Assembly (NCBI GenBank): GCA_947372355.1
Contig: CANBTI010000007.1
Span: 1,010-65,009, forward strand
Direction: 5' to 3'
DNA length: 64,000 bases
Source of the DNA: Bdellovibrionales bacterium
GTDB lineage: Bacteria; Bdellovibrionota; UBA1018; CAIMNF01
Shown: in pieces, positions 48,313-56,873 of the stretch
Numbering within the stretch: position 1 is the stretch's first letter
How the letters are laid out: the number at the start of each line of letters is the position of its first letter
Position numbers and translations under genes: made by a program
Notes under the pieces: generated by a model
The model's input: the letters and a program-made list of their open reading frames with translations, nothing else
Databases searched by the model: none
Told to the model about the DNA's origin: nothing

Positions 48313-50032
48313 AAGTTTAACTTCAGCTCTCGATATTCCCGAGCATCTGCATGAATACATTACGGAGCAAGATCCGACCCTTTACACGCCCGAAGATCAT
48401 GCTTCTTGGCGCTTCATCATGCGTGTTTCAAAGTTTTTTTTTAGCACTCACGCTCACCCACTTTATTTAGCTGGACTTGAAGCAACTGGCATCGCGACTG
48501 AACGCATTCCACTCATCAGCGAAATGGACCAAGCCCTGAGCAAACTCGGCTGGAGAGCGGTAGCGATTAATGGGTTTATTCCTCCAGCAGTTTTTTTAGA
48601 ACTTCAATCACTTAAAATTTTAGCCATTGCTTGTGACATGAGAAAAATTGAAAATCTGGGCTACACTCCCTCGCCAGATATTGTGCATGAAGCGGCCGGA
48701 CACGCACCCATTGTTTGCGATCCAAATTACAGAGCCTATCTTGAGTCTTATGGACAAGTGGCAAGAAATGCAATCATCAGTAGAGAAGATCTCGAACTTT
48801 ATGATGTGATTTTTGAATTGTCAGAAATTAAGGAAAATCCCAAAGCATTGCCTGAAGAAATCGCTCTCGTACAAAAAAAATTCGATACAATTGCTTCAAA
48901 AATAAAAGAACCTTCAGAGGCGGCTCTACTCACACGCATGGCTTGGTGGACAACCGAATACGGAATGATTGAAGTAGATGGAAAGCCTGTTGTTTATGGT
49001 GCGGGATTGCTTTCATCAATTTTAGAGAGTCATCAATGCATTTATCCTCACGTGAAGAAAATTCCATTCTCACTTGAGGCAACCATTAACACTTCCTACG
49101 ACATCACTCGTCCACAACCACAGCTCTTTGTTGCAAAAAACTTTGAGTCACTGACTGAAGCGTTAGAAGAATTTGCCAATCAAATGTGCTTTAGAAGAGG
49201 TGGACTATCTTCACTCTCTCTAGCTGAAAAAGCAGAAGCAACTGTAACTGTTGCTCTCGATAGTGGAATGCAAATCAGCGGGATTGTTTCAGAGTTTGAA
49301 GGCCAGAGCCAAGATGAAGTTCATTCTTTTTCCATCACCGGTCACAAGCAATTTTCTTACCATGAGGCTGCAATGACAGAAATCAGCGACACTCATTTTG
49401 GAACTAAAATTCACCTTCCATTGTTTGATCCTTCGATTTCAACCGTTCCTCTTCAGGATTTATTAAAAAAACTTCATGGCACTGGAATTCCTACAAAATC
49501 GGGAAATCGAATTACAGGACAATTTAAAAAAGAAATAAAAATTGGGACTGGTGGAAGATTGGTGATTTTGGAAAAAGCAAAAATCACTTCGCGCGAAGGG
49601 AAAGTGGTGTTTGAAGAAAAAACCAGACTTTATCCTTTTATTCTCGGCAGTAAGGTGGTCTCCGTTTTTGGAGGTGCTGCTGACCGAAAAGAGTTTGCGC
49701 TAAGATATTCTAATCTTAAGAAAAAAGTAAAATCGCATAAAACAAACGCTACACCTGAAAACGTTACCATGAATGAACTCTACCTTAAAATTAGAGAATT
49801 AAGAGATTCAGGCAAAAAAGATGTGTCGGGGTTAGAGAATTTGTCGTTAGAGGCAATTGAAAAATTCCCTCATGCGTGGTTGATTCACCTAGAGCTTCTA
49901 GAAATATTTAAAATTCATCAAATCAATTACAATCAATCGGCAACAGATTTAGAAATGCTTCTCATTAAGGCTATGGCTGAAAACCCAAATCAAGTAGAAC
50001 AAATTAAAATGGGCTTGGAGTTACTGAAATGA
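48287..50032 (+). CDS. phhA: Pterin-dependent aromatic amino acid (Phe) hydroxylase, long form
   Basis: YTPSPDIVHEAAGHAP (two Fe-ligand His), WWTTEYGMI (Fe-ligand Glu), YGAGLLSS, YDITRPQPQLFV, plus a C-terminal extension of about 280 aa. Confidence 0.88.
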   Translation: MTTKTNFPRSLTSALDIPEHLHEYITEQDPTLYTPEDHASWRFIMRVSKFFFSTHAHPLYLAGLEATGIATERIPLISEMDQALSKLGWRAVAINGFIPPAVFLELQSLKILAIACDMRKIENLGYTPSPDIVHEAAGHAPIVCDPNYRAYLESYGQVARNAIISREDLELYDVIFELSEIKENPKALPEEIALVQKKFDTIASKIKEPSEAALLTRMAWWTTEYGMIEVDGKPVVYGAGLLSSILESHQCIYPHVKKIPFSLEATINTSYDITRPQPQLFVAKNFESLTEALEEFANQMCFRRGGLSSLSLAEKAEATVTVALDSGMQISGIVSEFEGQSQDEVHSFSITGHKQFSYHEAAMTEISDTHFGTKIHLPLFDPSISTVPLQDLLKKLHGTGIPTKSGNRITGQFKKEIKIGTGGRLVILEKAKITSREGKVVFEEKTRLYPFILGSKVVSVFGGAADRKEFALRYSNLKKKVKSHKTNATPENVTMNELYLKIRELRDSGKKDVSGLENLSLEAIEKFPHAWLIHLELLEIFKIHQINYNQSATDLEMLLIKAMAENPNQVEQIKMGLELLK

Positions 50033-50391
50033 ATATGATTCGAAGAGGCGCCTTTCTTTCGGCTTTAAGTGTTGTTTTAGGGGCTTTTGGGGCTCATGGA
50101 ATAAAGGGTAAAATCACTCCTGATTTGTTTGAAGTGTACCAAACTGCAAACTACTATTTTTTTATCCATGCATTAGCGATTATTTTATATGGTCTGTTTT
50201 GTTTAATTCAAAAAAGAGAAACAAAAGTCTGGCCTGCAAATTTATTTACTCTTGGTATTTTATTGTTTTCAGGAAGTTTATATTTGATAGTTTTCACCGG
50301 AGTGAAAGCATTCGGAATGATCACGCCTCTCGGTGGACTCTCCTTCATCATTGCTTGGATAGGATTCGGATTGCATGCAAAACGCACCTAA
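50029..50391 (+). CDS. DUF423 (YgdD/TMEM256) membrane protein
   Basis: LGAFGAHG, YQTANYY.FIHAL, LFSGSLY, ITPLGG. Confidence 0.92.
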   Translation: MNMIRRGAFLSALSVVLGAFGAHGIKGKITPDLFEVYQTANYYFFIHALAIILYGLFCLIQKRETKVWPANLFTLGILLFSGSLYLIVFTGVKAFGMITPLGGLSFIIAWIGFGLHAKRT

Positions 50392-51016
50392 TTATATCGC
50401 GACACCACTTCCGATCATTGCTGATGTTTCACGTTTAGTGACTAAAATCACGGATCGCATTTCAGGAGATCGATCAGAATTTCCACTTCTAGTAAATTGC
50501 GTCGCCCTTGAAGCCCTAAAGCTTTGTGGAATTTCAGCAAATATTTTTTATGGTCAGGCAGCATGGATTGAAGTCATGGAAGACATGAGTTTGGTTTGGG
50601 CTGGATGCTGGGGAAAAAACACTCACTTCTGGATTGCTACCAATTCTGGAGAAGTGGTGGATCTCAACACCAGTGTTTCACTTCGAAAAAAAGATCATCA
50701 CAACCCACTTCATCGTCCGAAATACTCACCACCACTATTATGGTCAAGAGAGGTTCCTGCTTTTTATCGTTATGTGCCCGAGGGAATAGCAGAGATTGAA
50801 CTCACAGAAGAACGTGATCAAAAATGGTTTAAGCTTTGCTTGGAAGAAATACGTCAAAAACTACCCACTCTTGCTACCACAAGTGAAGAGGATCTTGATT
50901 TCCCAGATGAGCCAATTCTTTGTCCCGGTAGAAAAATACTCGATGATGCCGCCCAAAACTTTCGTCATTACGATCGGGCACTATTGGTCAACGGGATTCC
51001 GGAAAAACCCTTTTAA
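50375..51016 (+). CDS. Hypothetical protein, possible Cys-His-Asp (transglutaminase-like) fold
   Basis: LVNCVAL … THFWIAT … EVVDLN order and spacing. Confidence 0.55.
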   Translation: MQNAPNYIATPLPIIADVSRLVTKITDRISGDRSEFPLLVNCVALEALKLCGISANIFYGQAAWIEVMEDMSLVWAGCWGKNTHFWIATNSGEVVDLNTSVSLRKKDHHNPLHRPKYSPPLLWSREVPAFYRYVPEGIAEIELTEERDQKWFKLCLEEIRQKLPTLATTSEEDLDFPDEPILCPGRKILDDAAQNFRHYDRALLVNGIPEKPF

Positions 51017-51046
51017 TTTCAATTGTCACGATGCTAAACTTGAAAC

Positions 51047-52378
51047 ATGAAAAAAATTCTTTCGCTGATCCTTGTTAGCGCTTTTTTAATTCCTACTGCA
51101 CAAGCTGTTAACAGCATTAACGTTCAAACTTTTAACCCCTCTACCTCAGATCATTTTGTTTTACTGGAAGATGCGTATCGCTCTGAGTGGCCAAAAAATT
51201 CAAAACTTTATTTAGGCGCTAACTATAATTATGCAAGTGATCCATTTGTTGCACTCGATAGCATCAGCGGACTTCGCGCATTCAGTGTGATTGATTCCAT
51301 CCAAACTTTTGATCTCATGGTGGGCTTTAAAGCTTCATCAAGATTTGGATTGTTTTTTGGTCTTCCAATTCATTTTATTAAGTATCCGGATGTTGCATCC
51401 CTCGGCATTACCTCTCATAGCACAAGTGCAATGGGAGACATGAAAATTTTAGGAAAAATCAGACTTACAGATGATGATGCTACTGCACACATCACACTTG
51501 TTCCAGAAATTCACTTACCAACAGGAAACACTGAAAACTTTGTATCCGATGCTTCCACCTATCTTGGATTGCGAGGAGTATTGGAGCGCCAATTTGAAAA
51601 ATTCACTTTAAATATTAACATTGGTTTTGCAGCGGCTTCGAACTCCATTTATCAAACTTCAGTTGCTACCGCCCCTATTGATTTTAGAAAAAGATTAAAT
51701 TTTGGTATCGGTGGATTCATGCCATTCACCGATCGATGGGGCATGAATTTAGAGTTCAACAGTCTGAACATGATTCCTTTTGATAAAAACATCAATCCTA
51801 ACGAACTATATGCAGGCTTACGCCACGTATTGAGCGATGATGCGATTTTAACTTTCGGACCTTCAATCGGAAAAATTGGTGGTTCATCAGGTCAAAATTT
51901 CCGCTTTATCGCCGGAATCCGTTTCAATATTCATGATGTGGATAGTACCGCACCAAAACCAATGCTCACCTCAAACGCTCCGATGACCGCGATGCCGATC
52001 GCCGCTAGTCCAAGAGTAGTGATGAGAGCAAAACAAATTGAACTCAGTACACCTGTTAATTTTCAAGAAAACAGCTCATTGCTGACTCAAGATGGAAAAG
52101 ATCTCTTAGATGAAGTAGCTGATGTGATTTCCAAAAATAGCACTTCATTTAAAAAGATTTTGATTGATGGTCACACGAATAACAAAGGCCAGCCAAAACA
52201 CAATCTTTGGTTATCTCTTGAGCGCGCTAAATCAGTGAAGCATTATTTAGTGGGTAAAGGAATCTCGGTTGCAGTTCTGGAAGCTCGCGGATTTGGACAA
52301 ATGAAACCAAAAGTTTCTTACACTAATCCAAAAGCGATGGAGATCAATCGTCGAGTGGAATTTAATATCGTTCAATAG
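51047..52378 (+). CDS. OmpA-family outer membrane protein (beta-barrel plus C-terminal PG-binding domain)
   Basis: Signal peptide; barrel-like strands; Pro-rich linker; IDGHT, LSLERAKSVKHYL, RGFG, NRRVEF. Confidence 0.9.
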   Translation: MKKILSLILVSAFLIPTAQAVNSINVQTFNPSTSDHFVLLEDAYRSEWPKNSKLYLGANYNYASDPFVALDSISGLRAFSVIDSIQTFDLMVGFKASSRFGLFFGLPIHFIKYPDVASLGITSHSTSAMGDMKILGKIRLTDDDATAHITLVPEIHLPTGNTENFVSDASTYLGLRGVLERQFEKFTLNINIGFAAASNSIYQTSVATAPIDFRKRLNFGIGGFMPFTDRWGMNLEFNSLNMIPFDKNINPNELYAGLRHVLSDDAILTFGPSIGKIGGSSGQNFRFIAGIRFNIHDVDSTAPKPMLTSNAPMTAMPIAASPRVVMRAKQIELSTPVNFQENSSLLTQDGKDLLDEVADVISKNSTSFKKILIDGHTNNKGQPKHNLWLSLERAKSVKHYLVGKGISVAVLEARGFGQMKPKVSYTNPKAMEINRRVEFNIVQ

Positions 52379-52473
52379 ATTACACTTAGGTTCTAATCAT
52401 CCATTTTTATCATGAGGCTCCTGCCTACTCGCTGTGCGCATCCATGCGCGCGAGACATGATAAAAACAGATGA

Positions 52474-52911
52474 TTAAAGCCGAAAATAAACTATTCCCAA
52501 CAAAAAGCCCGAATTGATTAACGAATGTAAGATCATTCCAGGGATGATTGAAAGAGTAATAAATCTCATCCATGTAAGGCAAATCCCCACCAAAAATGCC
52601 AAGACCACTTGGATATATACAAATTTATAATATTCCTGTGGAATCATTGATAATCCGATGAGGTGATACAAGGCAAAAGTTAGAGAACATAATAAAATGA
52701 TGGTTCGGATTCTGATTTTTAATTTTAATAAGAGTGAATAAACACCCTGCCTAAAAATTAACTCCTCTATTATTGGCATTAAAATAACCAGGTGTAGAAA
52801 ATCACCTTTGGCAAAGGGAATATTGACCTTAAGGGCTTGAAACAAAAGTGGGGATACAAATCCAAGAGCCGGAAGAATTATAAACAATAAATACATCCAA
52901 CTAAATTTCAT
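52474..52911 (-). CDS. CPBP (Abi/CAAX) intramembrane glutamic protease
   Basis: PIIEELIFRQG, FALYH, MILHSLIN. ATG 52911 overlaps the VOC gene stop; track start 52998. Confidence 0.85.
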   Translation of the reverse strand: MKFSWMYLLFIILPALGFVSPLLFQALKVNIPFAKGDFLHLVILMPIIEELIFRQGVYSLLLKLKIRIRTIILLCSLTFALYHLIGLSMIPQEYYKFVYIQVVLAFLVGICLTWMRFITLSIIPGMILHSLINSGFLLGIVYFRL

Positions 52912-53287
52912 AAAGCTCGAGTGGCAATCCATCGGGATCGCTAAAGAAAGTAAATTTCTTTCCGGTGAATTCATCCATTCGAATCGGCTCCACTTCAACG
53001 TTTTGTTGAACTAAACGGAGAACACAATCTTCGATGTTGCTTACCTTGAACGCTAAATGCCTTAAGCCCTGAGCCTCAGGACGTGACGGCCTAGTGGGGG
53101 CATTAGAAAATGAAAAAAGCTCAATCTGAGTTCCATCATTCATGGATAAATCAAGTTTATAGGAATTTCTCGATTCCCTAAAAGCTTCATTCACAATTTT
53201 TAATCCTAAAATTTTTGTATAAAAATTTTTTGAACGCTCATAATCGGAGCAAATGATTGCAATGTGATGGATTCCCAATAAATTCAT
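52901..53287 (-). CDS. VOC/glyoxalase I-like protein (YaeR family)
   Basis: IHHIAIICSDYERSKNFY, SYKLDL, IELFSF, EAQGLRHLAF, DPDGLPLELYE. Confidence 0.92.
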   Translation of the reverse strand: MNLLGIHHIAIICSDYERSKNFYTKILGLKIVNEAFRESRNSYKLDLSMNDGTQIELFSFSNAPTRPSRPEAQGLRHLAFKVSNIEDCVLRLVQQNVEVEPIRMDEFTGKKFTFFSDPDGLPLELYEI

Positions 53288-53304
53288 TTATCTGAACTTT
53301 TGAA

Positions 53305-53766
53305 TTATTTGGAATGAATCTCAGCATTCATCACGCGGCGGTATTTTTCCATGAGTTCCATCTCTTCTACAGGCTTAGAGTACTCTGGCAATCCTTCAAA
53401 AAGATGATCTTCGGTTTCTGCAAACTCCCAAGAAACTTGTCCCGTACTAAGCTCAACCACTACGATTGGTTTACCTGGTACCACACCTGCTTTAGCACCA
53501 TTCGCCACCGCAAGCTTTGCAATCAATCCAACACAGGAATCTCGCTCTATATAAGCAGATTCTCTCAAGGTGATTTGATTTTCATTTTCTGTAATCAAAC
53601 GTCCCATGTCTTCTTCAATCGTGGTGAGTTTACGAAGTACATTTTGCTTGTAACCAAGGGCTTCATTTTGAAGTTGTTCAATGGTAATTAAAAGTGCCAA
53701 TGCTTCTTCGTTTTTTGCTGCAATAAATTTTTCGTTCAGGGCTTTAATTTCGTTTGGGGATATCAT
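53305..53766 (-). CDS. Hypothetical protein: coiled coil plus small alpha/beta domain
   Basis: Heptad-like N-terminal half; AYIERD…VVELSTGQVSW…LFEGLPEY…EKYRR in the C-terminal half. Confidence 0.7.
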   Translation of the reverse strand: MISPNEIKALNEKFIAAKNEEALALLITIEQLQNEALGYKQNVLRKLTTIEEDMGRLITENENQITLRESAYIERDSCVGLIAKLAVANGAKAGVVPGKPIVVVELSTGQVSWEFAETEDHLFEGLPEYSKPVEEMELMEKYRRVMNAEIHSK

Positions 53767-53771
53767 ATTTT

Positions 53772-54362
53772 TTACCGATTAATCCAATCATAATTGAAGC
53801 TCACGCTAATGCGGTCTTCGTTGTTTTGATGAGGGGGAACCTCATGTTTGATCCAGCTTTCAAATAAAATCAAATCGCCGTTTTTGGGTTTAAGATCATG
53901 CTGCATTTTTCTCGCCGGACTCGCCATAAACATTGCAGCCCTAGGATCTTCCACCCGAAGTGGACTCGCACCATCTTTGGCAACCGAAATGTAAAATGTT
54001 CCACTCACCACCGAGAGTGGATGAATGTGAAATGCATGATACACATTCTTGGGCATGACGTTCACCCACATGGATGAAAGTTCCAAAGAGCCTGTATCAA
54101 ATTTTAATCCTAGTTTTTTTACATATTTTTTAACTTCAAGATCGATCTTCTTCTTTAATGTTTCAAAAACACTAAATTGAAGATCTACACGAGAAATAGA
54201 ATCATATGAGGTGTAACCGCCTACGTAATTTTTTTTACTCCACTTCACACCCACTTCATCAATGGCAGGCATTTGGGATGCTGTCCACTTTAATTGAGAA
54301 AGAGTTTTTGCGGTAATCGCTATTTTTTTTTGTTCAATGTAAGTGCTGAAAAGTGAGTGCAT
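53772..54362 (-). CDS. TIGR02466-like putative 2OG-Fe(II) oxygenase
   Basis: GYTSY, MWVNVM, HAFHIHPLSVVSGTFY, EDPR, LFESWIKHEV, RISVSFN. Confidence 0.85.
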   Translation of the reverse strand: MHSLFSTYIEQKKIAITAKTLSQLKWTASQMPAIDEVGVKWSKKNYVGGYTSYDSISRVDLQFSVFETLKKKIDLEVKKYVKKLGLKFDTGSLELSSMWVNVMPKNVYHAFHIHPLSVVSGTFYISVAKDGASPLRVEDPRAAMFMASPARKMQHDLKPKNGDLILFESWIKHEVPPHQNNEDRISVSFNYDWINR

Positions 54363-54368
54363 GGTGGT

Positions 54369-55265
54369 TTATTCCTTCTCTTTCGGAGGAACGACATAAG
54401 TCACTACAGTCACGATTCCCTTTTTTAACTGGTTCCAATATTCCACTGCTTTTTCAGCTCGTGCGGTTGGCAACTCAAGCGTAATGGTTGGAATCCCTAA
54501 TTCTTGTCCCGTGTAGTTTCCTAATGATCCTGGGAAAAAACCAGTAGAGCTCGCTTTTACTTTTTTTCTCAACTCTTCACACTTCTGAATGTACTCGGTT
54601 GAAAAATCAGAGAGCTTTAGGTGATCTGGCCCATCGTAATCGATCATATTGAGTGGAGAGTGAATGGAAACAATTTTGTTAGGATTAAATTTTTCGATTA
54701 ACATTTTTTGAAAAAGTGTTTCGGGTTCAGAGTTTGGTTTATTTCCTGGAAATCTTCTTTTTTCAGAATGAAACTTTTTCTTCCAAGCCTTGAGTGCATC
54801 ACGCGACCAATCTTTAGTCGCGAAGTTGCGATTACAATCTACTCCATGAGCATTGGTTCTAGATTTAGGTAAACCCATAAATCCATCCGGATTCACTAAA
54901 GGAGCAATGATTAATCTGGAATCAGGATGTGCACCCATGTTTTCTTTTGCCCAAGCCGCAATTTGAAAACCTAGATAAAGTGGTGTGATCTCATCACCAT
55001 GAACCATAGAAAATATTAAAGTGGTGTTTGTAGCTTTCTCATTACCATATACCGTGTAAATAAACGGGCGACCTTTAATTGATTTTCCACCAATTTTCCA
55101 AACTGAAATATCACCAGCCAGAGAACAGGCACTATTGCCCCATTTTCTTTTTTGAAATGCTTGATCTAAAGCCGTACAGAGTTGAGCAGGAGTTTTTTCA
55201 ATAGTTTCTGCATGAATTGCTGAAGAAACTAAAAACATTAAAAGAAAAGAAAATAAATTTTTCAT
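54369..55265 (-). CDS. M14 Zn carboxypeptidase, murein peptide amidase A (MpaA)-like
   Basis: Signal peptide; HGDE, NPDG, NAHGVDCNRNF, EPET, SIHS, PGSLG, TLELP. Confidence 0.85.
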   Translation of the reverse strand: MKNLFSFLLMFLVSSAIHAETIEKTPAQLCTALDQAFQKRKWGNSACSLAGDISVWKIGGKSIKGRPFIYTVYGNEKATNTTLIFSMVHGDEITPLYLGFQIAAWAKENMGAHPDSRLIIAPLVNPDGFMGLPKSRTNAHGVDCNRNFATKDWSRDALKAWKKKFHSEKRRFPGNKPNSEPETLFQKMLIEKFNPNKIVSIHSPLNMIDYDGPDHLKLSDFSTEYIQKCEELRKKVKASSTGFFPGSLGNYTGQELGIPTITLELPTARAEKAVEYWNQLKKGIVTVVTYVVPPKEKE

Positions 55266-55870
55266 GCCTTCCTCTTTTTATAATAATGGCGTGCTACAAA
55301 AAACAAAATGCCGATAATAATTACACCAACTATTCCACCTTCAACCTTCTTGATCATTTTGATTACATATTCAAGTAGGTCACCAAATCGATAAACAGAA
55401 TAAACAATGGCAGGAACACTCACCAAAGCAGCAAGGCCATCATAAATGAGTAGGTTTCTATAGGGAAGATGAAGGAGTCCGGTAGTAAAAAAGATCGTTG
55501 ATCTAAATCCGGGCATAAATCGTGCTGCAAACAGAAGTTTACCGCCATGCTTTTTAAGTTTTTGGCGTACTCCATCAATTTTTTCTTCATCCAAAAATAA
55601 TTGAAATGGCCACTTTTTAATCAGCCTTCTTCCAAAATGATGACCAAGCCAAAAAACAAAAGTATCACCAATCATCACACCGATTAAACAAACGGCGATC
55701 ATGGTCCAAACATCACAAACCCCATAGTAAGTGAGAACGCCTGCTGCAAATAAGGTGATGTCTTCAGGAATAGGAATGCCCAAACCACATGCCAAAAGGA
55801 TGAGGAAAATTGCGAGATAAGGAATGGGGCCGTTTGCGTAATCGATTAAATAATCGACGATCAAGTTCAT
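55262..55870 (-). CDS. DedA-family membrane protein
   Basis: GIPIPEDITLFAAG, IGDTFVFWLG, LFAARFMPGFRS. Confidence 0.92.
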   Translation of the reverse strand: MNLIVDYLIDYANGPIPYLAIFLILLACGLGIPIPEDITLFAAGVLTYYGVCDVWTMIAVCLIGVMIGDTFVFWLGHHFGRRLIKKWPFQLFLDEEKIDGVRQKLKKHGGKLLFAARFMPGFRSTIFFTTGLLHLPYRNLLIYDGLAALVSVPAIVYSVYRFGDLLEYVIKMIKKVEGGIVGVIIIGILFFVARHYYKKRKA

Positions 55871-55908
55871 GGATGGTTTTTTCCTGTCTTGCTATTAGAC
55901 CTGAATTT

Positions 55909-56832
55909 TTACTTTTTTGAAAGAGGATGTGCGTTGCGATATGAATCCATTAATTCGCCAAGATTTAAATGGGTATAACGCTGCGTTGTAGACAAACTTG
56001 CGTGGCCTAAAAGCTCCTGAATACTTCTAAGATCAGCACCTGCTGTGAGCAGATGCGTTGCAAAACTATGACGAAGAGCATGTGGAGAAGCCTTTAAACT
56101 CCCCGACATGATCTGTGTTGCACGAATCAACTGGCGACTTAAAATTCGAGCAACACTACGAGCAGTTAGTCTGGTGAGTTGTTGATTGATAAATACTAAT
56201 TCACGATCTTCCAAAACCGGTCGGGATTTAAAATAATTTTGAAGCGCCTCTTGAGCAACTGGATTCAATGGCACCCAACGCTCCTTACTCCCCTTACCCA
56301 TCACTCGAACCCAGCCTTCACGCGCTTCTAATTGATTTCGCGATAATTCAGCCACTTCACTCACACGGAGCCCACAGCCGTACATTAACTCCAGTAGTGC
56401 TCGATCTCTTTTTCCCACCCAAGTGCTTTCATCGGGAGCCTTCATCAACTCTAGGACTTCTTCTACTTTTAAAAACTGGGGGAGTTTTTTTTCAATTTTG
56501 GGGGATGGAATGAGTGCAATCCAATTTTGCTTCACAATGTTTTTTCGCTTTAAATACCTAAAAAACGTTCTAATGGTACTCATTTTTCTCGCTAGCGAAA
56601 TGGATTGATTGCTTTCCATAAGAGCGCTACCAAAAGATCTAAAATGCAAGGACGCAAGAGGAAGTGACGGATTAAGAAAATTTTCCGGAAATTCTTTTTT
56701 GAAAAAGGAACAAAACTGAAGGAGATCACTTTCGTATGCGCGCAGAGTCTCTTCGCTCCAGTGCTTTTCATTGCGGCCAAAATCGAGAAATTCTATAGAC
56801 CAATCAGAAAAGTCCATCTCTTGCTTTGCCAT
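55909..56832 (-). CDS. xerC: Tyrosine recombinase XerC/D
   Basis: SEETLRAYESDL, RDRALLELMYGCGLRVSE, GKGSKER, SPHALRHSFATHLL.GADLRSIQELLGH, TTQRYTH. ATG 56832 preferred. Confidence 0.88.
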   Translation of the reverse strand: MAKQEMDFSDWSIEFLDFGRNEKHWSEETLRAYESDLLQFCSFFKKEFPENFLNPSLPLASLHFRSFGSALMESNQSISLARKMSTIRTFFRYLKRKNIVKQNWIALIPSPKIEKKLPQFLKVEEVLELMKAPDESTWVGKRDRALLELMYGCGLRVSEVAELSRNQLEAREGWVRVMGKGSKERWVPLNPVAQEALQNYFKSRPVLEDRELVFINQQLTRLTARSVARILSRQLIRATQIMSGSLKASPHALRHSFATHLLTAGADLRSIQELLGHASLSTTQRYTHLNLGELMDSYRNAHPLSKK

Positions 56833-56873
56833 TCTTGTATAAGAATATGCTGAATTGTGATAAATCAAAAGCA

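Noticed and set aside
55909-56832. Tyrosine recombinase as a phage or island integrase
   Set aside because: Size, motifs (HSFATHLL, ADLRSIQELLGH) and trmFO linkage fit housekeeping XerC; no att repeats or cargo.
56852-56867. FNR/CRP-like site between xerC and trmFO
   Set aside because: Only one half-site matches at the correct spacing.
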